From contig NC_043012.1 of the NCBI RefSeq assembly GCF_006345805.1, forward strand, positions 9,920,001 to 9,984,000: 64,000 nt of DNA, written 5' to 3'. The translations under genes and the position numbers were made by a program. Below are positions 12,692 to 23,428 of the stretch, in pieces; within the stretch, counting starts at the first letter, position 1; each line of letters starts with the position of its first letter. Under the pieces are notes generated by a model. It saw only the letters and a program-made list of their open reading frames with translations, searched no databases and was not told where the DNA came from. The stretch comes from Octopus sinensis (taxonomy: Eukaryota).

Positions 12692-12926
12692 GTATGTAAT
12701 ATGTCAGGTGTTGCCTTTCCATTATCATTTATATTTCCCGGTAATGAGGTATCAAACACGGTACATGATACAGGCTTCCTATATTGTTCAGAAATGACGT
12801 GAAAGTGTGATACAGATATCATTGCAACAAAGGTGGCCAATTAAATATCAACTCTATCGACTGCTTTCAGACAAGATTCGGCCACGTTTCATTATAATTA
12901 TTATTATTATTATTATTATTATTATT

Positions 12927-13467
12927 GAGTGAGAGGCAGCATGCCATCAAAGTGACATGGGGTAATATACGAAGCCCAATATACCCATCATGACTACCCG
13001 TCTGATAAAAGTACACCAGGCACATGCATCACAACCAATGTGCGCGACATGGTGATCTCATATCAAGATAAACAGCACATGACCTTGCAGTGGGGCCCAG
13101 TTAGAATTTTCTTCAGGTTGAGTAGCCCATCCCGCTCAAACGGTCCCTGAATAAGGGTTGCTTAAGGATGTTGAAAGAACCACCCATGTTTCCATTGAAC
13201 TATTCAACCCCAAAGAATCCCTCTCAACACATGGCTATGATGCTCCCCCACTACTTCTGCTCGTGATCAGAGATGCACATATCGTCACCACTAAGGGATA
13301 TGCTCAACGGTTAAGGTCAACACTGACAAGCAAATCTGTGGTATTGAGCAGAATATTTGCTGTAGCCCATCTTTTATACAAGACAAAACAATTACATGAT
13401 AACACTTCCAATCAGTTAAGATCAGAAGCCATGAGAGCCACTGCCTGGTACTGCATCAGGGCATTTT
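12927..13467 (-). mobile_element. Family E repeat, apparently full length, embedded in (ATT)n
   Basis: Homologous to 7658-8168; ATT repeats on both flanks. Confidence 0.85.
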
Positions 13468-13857
13468 ATTATTATTATTATTATATTTTATTATTATATT
13501 ATTATTATTATTATTATCATCATTATATTATTATTATTATTACTACTATTGATTTTAGTGCTAGACGCAATACATTTCCAACTCCAATTATCTGCTTCAA
13601 TCATTCAAAACCCTTCAACTGCTTAACTTATACCACACAAATTCTAATTAATTGGACACACCAATTCCACTGTGAAAGACACTGACAGAATACTTAGAGT
13701 TATAGGTCTTCTTGATAAGGGCTAAACAATAGCGACAACGTCAACAATGACAACAATAAGAATAAACAAGGTGACTATAGCAAACCTACGTCAAACCGGT
13801 TCTTATCAAAAGCTTAAACACATTGGCCAGGTAGTCAGTGATTCAAATTAACCACGT

Positions 13858-14107
13858 ATATACTTTGATACTTTGATAGGTTTCGGCCATTATTGGCCCA
13901 GGCCATGTCTAACTTAATAGCACCACCTGGTGAAGTCTTTCAAGTCAGAATTTGGGCACTATGGCCCACTCAAGTAGAGAGTTATTGTTTACAGAGACAT
14001 ATCCGGGTTTATCCGGGATTTCTTGAAGGAATCTGTCCAAAGACTTCTTGAACCCTATAGGGTCAGTTTCTGTTTTAATGTGTTTTGGTGTAATGTTAAA
14101 GAGAGCG
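13858..14107 (-). mobile_element. CR1/L2-type LINE 3' end
   Basis: ALFNITPKHIKTETDPIGFKKSLDRFLQEIPDKPGYVSVNNNSLLEW..F* parallels the C-terminus at 38630-38815; tail stem-loop and (atcaaagt)2. Confidence 0.75.
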
Positions 14108-14120
14108 ATATATATATATA

Positions 14121-14495
14121 CAAAGTGAGATAGGGGTTATGGGTGTAACCCACTATCGGATACTATTTATCCAATTTACTGTTGGTAAAGTACTCAGATT
14201 CTTAATACATAAATGTTTTTAATTGCAATACAATTAACTCATTTATTGTATTAAACAAGTGAAGGTAAAGGAATATTTTACCGTAAATTTATAATACAAA
14301 TAAGAAAATGGAGAAGCAAATTTAGTTTGTTCATCAACTTTCGGATATCGGAATGTTGGATTGGGTTATTCATTCAGATATATATGTACGTAATAGATGT
14401 TCTCATTTTGTTAAATGAATAAATTACCCAATCCAACATTCTAATATCCGAAAGTTGATGAACAAACAAAATTTGTTTCTCCATTTTCTTATTTG

Positions 14496-14502
<7 letters not shown>
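14121..14502. mobile_element. (TA)n-flanked element with internal inverted copy of one end (PLE-like)
   Basis: Left end aaagtgagatagggg and right end tttctccattttcttatttgt shared with 44546-44734 and 20390; 14290-14375 inverted at 14414-14502. Confidence 0.6.
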
Positions 14503-14548
<46 letters not shown>

Positions 14549-14549
<1 letters not shown>

Positions 14550-14734
14550 TTTATTTAAAAGCAGCAGAATTGTCATCTCGGTTCCATTGTAACAAAATTG
14601 TCCGACGAATGGGAACGTGAAACTCCGAGTAACAGATTTTGTTAAATTTCTGCTGCTTTTAAATAAAGCATATTACTCTGGTATTTGAGTGCTCTTTTTC
14701 CACCTTGTTTCACAATTATGTGTTTACTCCGGTA
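14549..14734 (+). mobile_element. Penelope-like terminal repeat unit in (TA)n
   Basis: Homologous to 30515-30660 (minus) and 31940-32025; 21-bp perfect IR 14549-14569/14648-14668. Confidence 0.8.
14591..14643 (+). ncRNA. Minimal type-I hammerhead ribozyme motif, CCGACGA core variant
   Basis: Stem I aacaaaattgt/acagattttgtt, CCGACGA, stem II ATG-GGAA-CGT, GAAA, stem III ACTC-C-GAGT, GTA cleavage triplet (14629-14631). Confidence 0.65.
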
Positions 14735-14787
14735 TATAAATATATATATTTATATATATATTTATGTACAGGGTTAATACAATATAT

Positions 14788-14895
14788 ATAGAGGGCTTTA
14801 TTTGAGCCTCACTTTTAAATAGATGATAATATGGACGATATATATCGTCCATATTATCATCTATTTAAAAGTGAGGCTCAAATAAAGCCCTCTAT
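14788..14895. repeat. Perfect 108-bp spacerless palindrome
   Basis: Centre between 14841 and 14842; all 54 pairs match. Confidence 0.95.
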
Positions 14896-14959
14896 TAATC
14901 TAGTATGTGATTAATTTGCTTTTATGGTTGTTATATTTATACAATGTTCATTTGGCATG

Positions 14960-15260
14960 AATGCTCTTGCGAAAATATGGACCCCATTCTCATTACTTGA
15001 ACTAAATTAATATATTCAATATCTAAGCATGAGCAGAAATTTCACAATCAATATGACATCAGCATTGAATGTCCGTCACCTGTAAATAACTGCTCTGTAT
15101 TTCAAAATAACCTCGATGTAACAGCCAAGTATTAGCTAATGTCATAACATATAAATGATGAAGCATAAAATACGTAGAGACAGTTGATATTTACATCGGT
15201 CTGACTAGTACAGACGAGGGTCACGGTATCAAACTCATACATCAAGTGAGCCAACAACCA
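14960..15260 (+). mobile_element. Decayed Penelope-like GIY-YIG endonuclease fragment
   Basis: ECPSPVNNC...; DIYIGLTST (YIGLT at 15192-15206) then, frameshifted, RYQTHTSS. Confidence 0.4.
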
Positions 15261-15885
15261 GGAAGAAAGTGTATGGAAGAATGGTAGCACGAAGACCCAC
15301 CACCCAGAAGGAATCAACCATATGAGATGGCAGTGTAAAGTGTACAAATTCACGTGGGTTCAACATGATGACTACAACCGTATGGCTGAAACTCAGAAAA
15401 TAAGAGAAAAAATAATTTACATACGCACACAAACAGGCACACACACACATACACACAAAAGTTAATTAGAGGATATTTAAACCTCTTAATGTATGAGTAC
15501 ATCAAAAGAAAAACTGGTTCTAAACCTTATGTATTCGGGAAAGAAAATTTCCTTAAATCAATAGGTATACATTAAGTATACAATCCGTATTAAATGAAGA
15601 GAAGAGAATGGAGAGACATGGAGAGTGGTTAATATTTATTCATTTATGAATTGATAATCATTTCTTCCTACAGCTGTTTCTATTTATACTCAATGAATAA
15701 ATTACAAATTCATGCATTAATTTTGCATTTATAAGTTATGGCAGAATATCATCAGGGAAAAGTTGGACATTAAAAATTTGCATGTTTACCTGAACAGATA
15801 GATCAACATGTAATTTTGACTAACTCTCAAACCCCATTTTCTTCTCTTAATTTAATACGGATTATATATATATATATATATATAT

Positions 15886-16431
15886 ACGAGCAAAACGCCA
15901 CCCCCCCCCCGTCCAATGAACGGTACTGATTTGTCAAAACATTTAAACCAAATTTAATCAGTGCTTTCTTTTCATTAAAAAACAATTAAGCATGCCTTTA
16001 TTTCAAAAGATTTTTGGTTTTGTTAAACGAAGTCAAAAAAAATACTTCTTCAGAAACCAAATAGCCTTTCCTTCATTCATGCCAAGATTGAAGAAAATAT
16101 CTCTTTTGCATCTTACTTTTTTGGTCTCTTAAATATACTGCATTTTGTGGCATTATTTCAAGCCAGCCGGCTTTTTTGCGCAAACTCCACGTGCATTTAT
16201 CTCGTGTACGCGTAGTATCGATCGCAACAGCAGATGCACTTGCGCGTACAAATGCACGTTCCCACGGCATTATCGATCACATTCTCACCTGGATCGTTTT
16301 TTGTAATTTTTTCAAGACATACACGCCCTGACACCGTCGGTATCTACATGTCAAATTTGAGCGCAATCGGATGGAGGATGCCCGAGATCATAGAAAACAC
16401 AAACAGACAGAACGGATTTTATTTAATAGAT
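15886..16431 (+). mobile_element. Non-autonomous Helitron/Helentron-like element
   Basis: 3' end ctacatgtcaaatttgagcgcaatcgg...acaaacagacag...ttttatttaatagat resembles Lep1/HINE-type termini (recognised by eye). Confidence 0.5.
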
Positions 16432-16692
16432 ATATATATATATATGATGAAATTTTCCTGCACTTATTTTATAATATAATATATAATCGGTCTTATTAAA
16501 TGTTTAAATACTTTAATCTTTTAGACGTTTCCCTATCAAGAGAACGTATTAAAAAATTCCGTATATTGCATTCACATTGAATATATTTAATTAACGATAT
16601 ATATATGCATACACACACATATATATATGTGTGTGTATTTGTGTGTGTGCATGTGTGTGTATGTATGTATGTATATATATATTAAAAAAAAA

Positions 16693-16890
16693 TTCTTTTA
16701 CTTGTTCCAGACACTTGACAGCGTCTTGAAGAGCTCTGAGTCGAACAAATCGAACCGAGTATTATATCGTAAGCCTATTACGTATTCTACTGGAGTATTT
16801 TAACGAATTCTAGATTACAGGGACGTAATCACATCAGCGCCGGTTGTTAAGTTGTGATGGGGCGGCCAAAGACAGACACAAAGACATACT
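16693..16890 (-). mobile_element. SINE family A 3' half, decayed
   Basis: Similarity to 20160-20360 in reverse. Confidence 0.65.
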
Positions 16891-16912
16891 TTCACGCACA
16901 CACAAATGTGTG

Positions 16913-16959
<47 letters not shown>

Positions 16960-17136
16960 ATGTGTGTGTGCATATATACATACATACATAGATGCATATA
17001 TATATATAATATAATATAATATTTACCAACAAACGCGAAAGGTTTTGTAAGTTAGAGAGAAAGCTACAATGGAAGGTTCATAGTAAAATAATTTGTTTGT
17101 ATTTAAAACTTATATGTATGTGTGTGTGTGTGTGTG

Positions 17137-17164
<28 letters not shown>

Positions 17165-17169
<5 letters not shown>

Positions 17170-17320
17170 CGTGTGTTTACGACCTCGTAACCGAGCGGTT
17201 CGGCATAAGAGACCGATAGTATAAGTACTAGACTTGGAATGAGTAAGTCCTGGGGTCGATTCGTTCGACTAAACGTGGTGCTCCAGCATGATCACTGTGA
17301 AATGACTGAAAAAAATTAAA
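17165..17320 (+). mobile_element. SINE family A 3' half
   Basis: gagaccgatag...ggtgctccagcatg...gactgaaa. Confidence 0.8.
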
Positions 17321-17354
17321 AGAATATATATATAGATAGATGGATAGATAGATA

Positions 17355-17510
17355 TACACGACGAGCTTCTTTCAGTTTCCGTCTAACAAATCCACTCACA
17401 AGGCATTGATTGACTCGAGGCTGTAGTAAAAGACACTTGCCCAGAGTGCTACCCAGTGGGACTGAACTCCGAACCATGTAGTTGGGAAGCAAGCTTCTTG
17501 CCATACACAC
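17355..17510 (-). mobile_element. SINE family A 5' half
   Basis: Matches 19970-20130 in reverse. Confidence 0.8.
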
Positions 17511-17922
17511 TTATATATGTAAGTGCATGTGTTTGCATTAAAGATACAAAAATGTACGAATCACGAAGGCCTAAAGAGAGTGCATGTGGTTTATAATAAT
17601 ATTTATATATCTTAAAATATCACGAACGCAAAAATACCACGATCACTTTAACATTTATTTGAAAAGATTATTTTTAAATAGCAATTTCCTGGCATGTTTT
17701 TATGGTTTACACTAAAAAGAACATTAGTTTCTAATTTGAAATCGAAAGGCAGTATGATTAGGGTAAATCTGACATTCAGGTTATTAAGTCTCTTTGACTG
17801 ACATTTGTCAGTAATTTGGCTCCAAGTCCTCACATTTGTGTCTGTTGTTCTGCCCGTCAGCTTATTTCTACTTTACAAATTCTCGCTTTCTACTTTTCGC
17901 TCTTCAGTGGTGGGTTTCGGTT

Positions 17923-17956
<34 letters not shown>

Positions 17957-19502
17957 GTGTGTGTGTGTGTTGTAGTAATATTATGCTTATTTCAGGAAGC
18001 CTTTAGAGAACGACTATTAAAATATTTTATATTGTGCATCAAGTGGTGGAAATTGTGAACTGCCCTGATTTTATATACAGTATTAAATACAAAAAAGAAG
18101 GAATATGAGATCACGATAATACTTAGAATGAGACAGAGTTGCCCCTTAGAATTTTCTACAAAATTTTCGATATGTTTGCAGACTGATATGGCGCTATAAA
18201 GTTATTGTAATTAAGTAGTCAATACATTCTGTAACATATCATCGTTGTTTACCAGAATAAATTGCAACGAAAATAGTATAAGAATTTACAGATAATTAAT
18301 TGTCGTTATTATTAAAAAATACAGCAAATATGCAAGTTATAAGCTATTTCCGCGATCCATTGTGAAATAACCATTATTTTGGTGCTTAATTAATATTAAT
18401 TTATTATTTCAATGTTTAACAGACAATGGCGAAGGAAACTGGAACTTTAAAATCAAACGTGGAAACATAATTTTATATCCAAATGAATTCCGTTCATTTT
18501 CACCCGACATTTTTCTTCTTCCTTTTGACTAATCAAAGAAAACGCCGCAAGCAAATTTTATTTGTTGGTATTTCAGAGGATGGGTTTTTAACATATTCTC
18601 ATACAATGTACACAAACTAGTTGCAGCAGTAGCAGTAGTAGCTGCAGCAGCAGAAGCAGTAGCAGCAATGACATTAATAGTTTTATCCTTTCAAACTTGA
18701 CTCTTTGTGTCTGTGAGTGCAATACAACGTCAGAAGAATCAATATAGTTTGTGTTTACGTGCAATAGATATTTTCTTAAATAATAACACTACTTCATTCT
18801 TATAATAACTTGTAGACGTTTAAAGGAATAGATGCAGCATAGATTATTGAAAATCGATCTCAGACACAAGACAACCTATGGATTAGATTATTGTAAATAT
18901 TTAAAGATACTTAAATTAACATTTCACGATCATTCAAAACAATGGATTTATGTTCCTTAGTTATTAACGTCATTTCTATATTTCGTTAGTAGCAGAAAAT
19001 ATCACCGTCTCCATATTACATTTTGTTGCGACTGCCTAAATTAAGTAATACTAGCTAGAAATATTAATTAAGATCCATATGAATTTAATAACAATATGAA
19101 TAAAATCACTTATTTATTTGCACGGTCTTCTTAATGTCAGTTGTATAATAAACAGAGGGAACTATTATTACTTCGTCTAGACAAACATATTTGGATTCTA
19201 TCTTTACTAAATGGCATATTGACAGATGGGATGATAACAACTGGCATAATATCGCTCCATATAATGGCTACCATTACGAGACACTGTGTGGTTCTGTCAT
19301 CATTGTTGATTGTACTACATATCATCGATATACTTAATGTCAGATCATGTTAGAATTATGATCGTATCTTCCATTAATATATCGTGAATGAGTTGTATGT
19401 CTGTCCTAAAGGAAATATAGTTACAACAACTATAAATGTGCAATCGTGTATACTAAGTTTTCAGTTCTTGAATGATTGCATTTACGGAGCAAGGTGAAGG
19501 CT

Positions 19503-19550
19503 AAATTTCGCTGATGAGATCAGAATAAGATCAAAACCTGTCCGGCATTT
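19503..19550 (+). ncRNA. Decayed minimal hammerhead-like motif
   Basis: CTGATGA, GATC-agaataa-GATC, AAAAC (G12A), CT, GTC; weak stem I. Confidence 0.4.
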
Positions 19551-19849
19551 TCTGCCGTATCTACTGGAGAAATGTAAATATTTGTTTTTGGTTAATATTA
19601 AATTTTCCCCGTCCTACATCTATACTGGATTAGCTATGAATTATCCATCGCTTAATATAAATACACTCATTATTCCACAGGTTGTTAATCATGTCTATCA
19701 CTTATGTATTAATTCACAGAAAACTGTGTAACCATACATGGCTTTAGCTAAAACAGTGTGGTTTCCTCTATAATAGGCGCCATGGTATTTTCTCTTGGCA
19801 TAAAAATTTACCTGTATTTTTGTGTGTTTGTCTGTATACATATCTATCC

Positions 19850-19862
19850 ACTATCTATCTAA

Positions 19863-19945
<83 letters not shown>

Positions 19946-19950
19946 CCTAC
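19850..19950. repeat. (TCTA)n microsatellite
   Basis: Direct reading. Confidence 0.95.
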
Positions 19951-19969
19951 CTATCCTCCCTCTCTCTTC

Positions 19970-20375
19970 AGGAGTGGCTGTGTGGTAAGTAGCTTGCGAA
20001 CCAACCACATGGTTCCGGGTTCAGTCCCACTGCGTGACATCTTGGGAAAGTGTCTTCTGCTATAGCCCCGGGCCGACCAATGCCTCGTGAGTGGATTTGG
20101 TAGACGGAAACTGAAAGAAGCCTGTCGGATATATGTATATATATGTATGCGTGTGTGTGTTTGTGTGTCTATGTTTGTCCCCCTAGCATTGCTTGACAAC
20201 CGATGCTGGTGTGTTTACGCCCCCGTCACTTAGCGGTCCGGCAAAAGAGACCGATAGAATAAATACTGGGCTTCCAAAGAATAAGTCCCGGGGTTGATTT
20301 GCTCGACTAAAGGCGGTGCTCCAGCATGGCCGCAGTCAAATGACTGAAACAAGTAAAAGAGTAAACGAGTAAATG
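19970..20375 (+). mobile_element. SINE family A, full length
   Basis: tRNA-like head (TGGCTGTGTGG, GGTTCAGTCCC), internal (TA)(TG) tract, LINE-like 3' stem-loop, (gagtaaa)n tail. Confidence 0.9.
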
Positions 20376-21137
20376 AGTATATATATATATACAAAATAAG
20401 AAAATGGAGAAATACACCTTAATCAATAATCAACTACTAGATAATACCCAATCACATAATTTATTAACCCACTACATATGAACATCAAGGTCAAACATAA
20501 TAGTACAGAACAAAACAATGCACGTCAATGAGTAATATGATACAATAAGTACAATATGTATAAGTAAATATAAATAAATATAAATATAAATATAAATATA
20601 AACTACATCTTACAGCTCTTTCAGCCATGTAGATATGGGTATCTCATTATGACCATATTAGCCAGGTGTGATAAGTTAATATGTGGTTATAAATGAGACA
20701 CTTACAAAAATATCCCAAGGCCTCGTCAGAGATTATAAAGTGCAGTCTAAATATGAATATCAGAGGAGGTACACCCATACAAGAGTGGGTACATACCCAT
20801 AATATATAATATACACATACATATGAGTGCATATACTCATGCTCCTATATATATATACACATATAAATAATAATATACAACAGTATACATACATATATTC
20901 TATATTCAAGGTTACTGTTGGTAACTTTCAATTGCAATAATTTCGGTAATATCGCTAAGCAGCAGAACTTGTACGCCACCACCACTACTACCACCACTAT
21001 CACCTCCACCACCACTAACACCGCCGTCACCACCACGACTTTTGGTGCTTCACTGGAGTGTTTTGTGTTGCAAGCTTTTGAACCAGATTTTCTGTGTAGA
21101 GATCTGAGGATCAGACGACCTGAGAATCTGACGATCT

Positions 21138-21170
21138 GAAGATCTGACGAACTGAAAATTTTTCATCTTC
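21138..21170 (+). ncRNA. Candidate ultra-minimal hammerhead motif
   Basis: GAAGAT-CTGACGA-act-GAAA-atttt-TC-ATCTTC; 6-bp stem I, essentially no stem II. Confidence 0.3.
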
Positions 21171-21479
21171 TTTTTCCAGTTTCGATGTGTTTGAAAAGCT
21201 TCATGAAGGGTGTTTTTTCTTCTTGTTTTCATAACTCATTAAAACTGAAATAAAATTAAGTAGACAGACGACACAAAAAAATATTGAATAAATTAATATT
21301 GAAAATATTAGGCGTGATTGTGTGGTAAGAAAATCACTATCAAACTTTTGGCTGGGGTGCTTGCACCCAAGATTCCAGTTGGTAGCACGATTTGAATTCC
21401 ATACCTAAAGAGCCGATACAAATACTAGAAATTATCCGTTTCTATGTTGGTAATTTTCATCAGGCCTCCTAAGGATAAG

Positions 21480-21771
21480 TTGTTTTTTGTTCCTGCTCGA
21501 GCCACACCTGGTTCATTAGGGCCGGTTTCCCGGTTTCCTTGGCGTATAGGTTCCCTACCTGGACGGAACGCCGGTCCGTCGCGGGTGAGCTGCAAGATAC
21601 AGGAGGAAAGAGTGAGAGAAAGTTGTGGCGAAAGAGTCAGCGGAGGTTCGCCATTACCTTCTGCCGGAGCCGGGTGGCACTTAGGTCTTTCGCTCATAAT
21701 CACACACATCACCCAATCTGAGATTCGAACCCGCGAGTCCGCTGCTCTAACCACTAGGCCATGTGCCTCCA
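21480..21771 (-). mobile_element. tRNA-derived SINE, head C with tail Z
   Basis: tggaggcacatggcctagtggttagagcagcggactcgcgggttcgaatc head; tail ...aaggaaaccgggaaaccggccc...ggctcgagcaggaac. Confidence 0.75.
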
Positions 21772-21844
21772 TTCTTAAGGATAAGAAACAAAGATAAACT
21801 CGGTTGGATTTGAACACAGGAGTCGGTGATTTGAAACAGATACC

Positions 21845-22085
21845 GAGTACCTATTTCTTTACGACCTACAAGGGACTAAGCACAGAGAGAACAAACAAGG
21901 ACAGACGAACGGATTAAGTCGATTATATCGACCCCAGTGCGTAACTGGTACTTAATTTATCGACCCCGAAAGGATGAAAGGCAAAGTCGACCTCAGCGGA
22001 ATTCGAACTCAGAACGTAGCAGCAGATGAAACAACGATAAGTATTTCGCCCGGCGTGCTAATGTTTCTGCCTGCTCGCCGCCTTA
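21845..22085 (-). mobile_element. SINE family B
   Basis: High similarity to 23429-23660 in reverse. Confidence 0.85.
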
Positions 22086-22869
22086 ACAGATACCGTGTAC
22101 CATTCCTCCCGACGCCCCTAACCAAACTACTAATTCGCCATCTTGTATATAAGACAAAGAAAATTACTGGACATGAATATCTACTTTAACATATTAATCG
22201 TTTATTTGACACACCTTAATGTTGAGAATATATTTCTACACTAAAGTTAATTCATTTTTCTGTTTTTCGTTTTCAATAATTTCACCTTCACCATTTCTTA
22301 ATGAAATTTTAATTTTGTTTACACTGAATAATTCAGAACTATTTTGTTTTTAATCCATTTAATTAATAAATTTATTTATTTATTCTATTTAGAATTATTT
22401 CTTTCGCTATGTTTTCTTTTGGCTAGTTCAGCCATAGAACGCATAGATTTATAAAAAGCGAAATCGAAATTGTGTAAGCAATGTTTTCAAATGTTAATTA
22501 GGGCAGAGTAAATATGCTAAATTTTATTTCATTAACTTTCATTTTTTCTATGAGCTTACATGGAACTTCACCCGTTTATTTCGTTTTTCAATATTAAAGT
22601 GTCTATTCCGTTATTACATTTTTACACATTTTCACGAATATTTTCCGTATTTCATGAATATCTTATCTTTTTTTATCACGTCCTATTCTTTCAAATAACG
22701 ATTTTTCAGTGTAAGTCGATATTGAAAGAGACGAGCTAACTGAATTTAATTAAAGATACAAATGTAAGAGTATTTACAAAATTACAATAATGATGTTTCT
22801 CTACTTTACTTAATATGCTCAGGTCAAGGCATAGAACACAACTTGTAATACCAGCAGCGGAACCCAACA

Positions 22870-23256
22870 GTATCATGTTGATTCTGTACCCCTTGAGCAA
22901 CATCAAAATTCACTCAACCGTCCACAAATACTCTCCAAGCTTTCCTATCATTTATAAACTCTCTTGCATCTCTCACTCCAACACCTCTAATTACCGAAGC
23001 TGTCCTCACTCCCACCGTCCATCCACACAAACCGAAGTCTGCCTCTGGTCCTGTTGCTTACCACCTCAGCATTCCTCACCCTCCCTAAAATTTCCACACT
23101 CACATTTATCCCCTTTTCCCTTTACAATGGCAATATAGAGGCACTGCACCAGTCCTTTCGTACTCTTCCAGCCATATTAACAAACATTCATAAGCCTCGT
23201 TAACCGTTCAATCTCTGTCACACTCCTTTCTTTAGGCATTCCACTGTACACCTAAT
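22870..23256 (-). mobile_element. Decayed RTE-type LINE fragment with large internal deletion
   Basis: RKDWCSASILPL/KGKGDKCECGNFR (pre-RT motif) joined to RGRLRFVWMDG / VRDAREFINDRKAWRVFVDG* (C-terminus). Confidence 0.7.
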
Positions 23257-23428
23257 GTAAAATTCCATATGTGGTGTATGTTTCTGTAATGCTGAACTTT
23301 ACCTATACATGATAGAAATATTAGATTACGTCGGTACACATTGAAATAGAACATTTCAAGGTTGTAGATATCTCAATTTATTTAAGTCACAATGTGCTTG
23401 AACACATTCTTTCATATTGGCTAATCGT

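Noticed and set aside
13878-13905. GGCCA-ataa-TGGCC-GAAAC (minus) resembling hammerhead stem II plus GAAA
   Set aside because: No CUGANGA core or stem I; better explained as the CR1/L2 3' tail hairpin.
20700-20745. CTGACGA-ggcc on the minus strand
   Set aside because: No GAAA, stem III or stem I follows.
20845-21240. Apparent transmembrane ORF (VVVVTAVLVVVEVIVVVVVVVAYKFCC) and acceptor at 21245
   Set aside because: The hydrophobic run is a GTG/ACC microsatellite, and all phases from the acceptor hit early stops.
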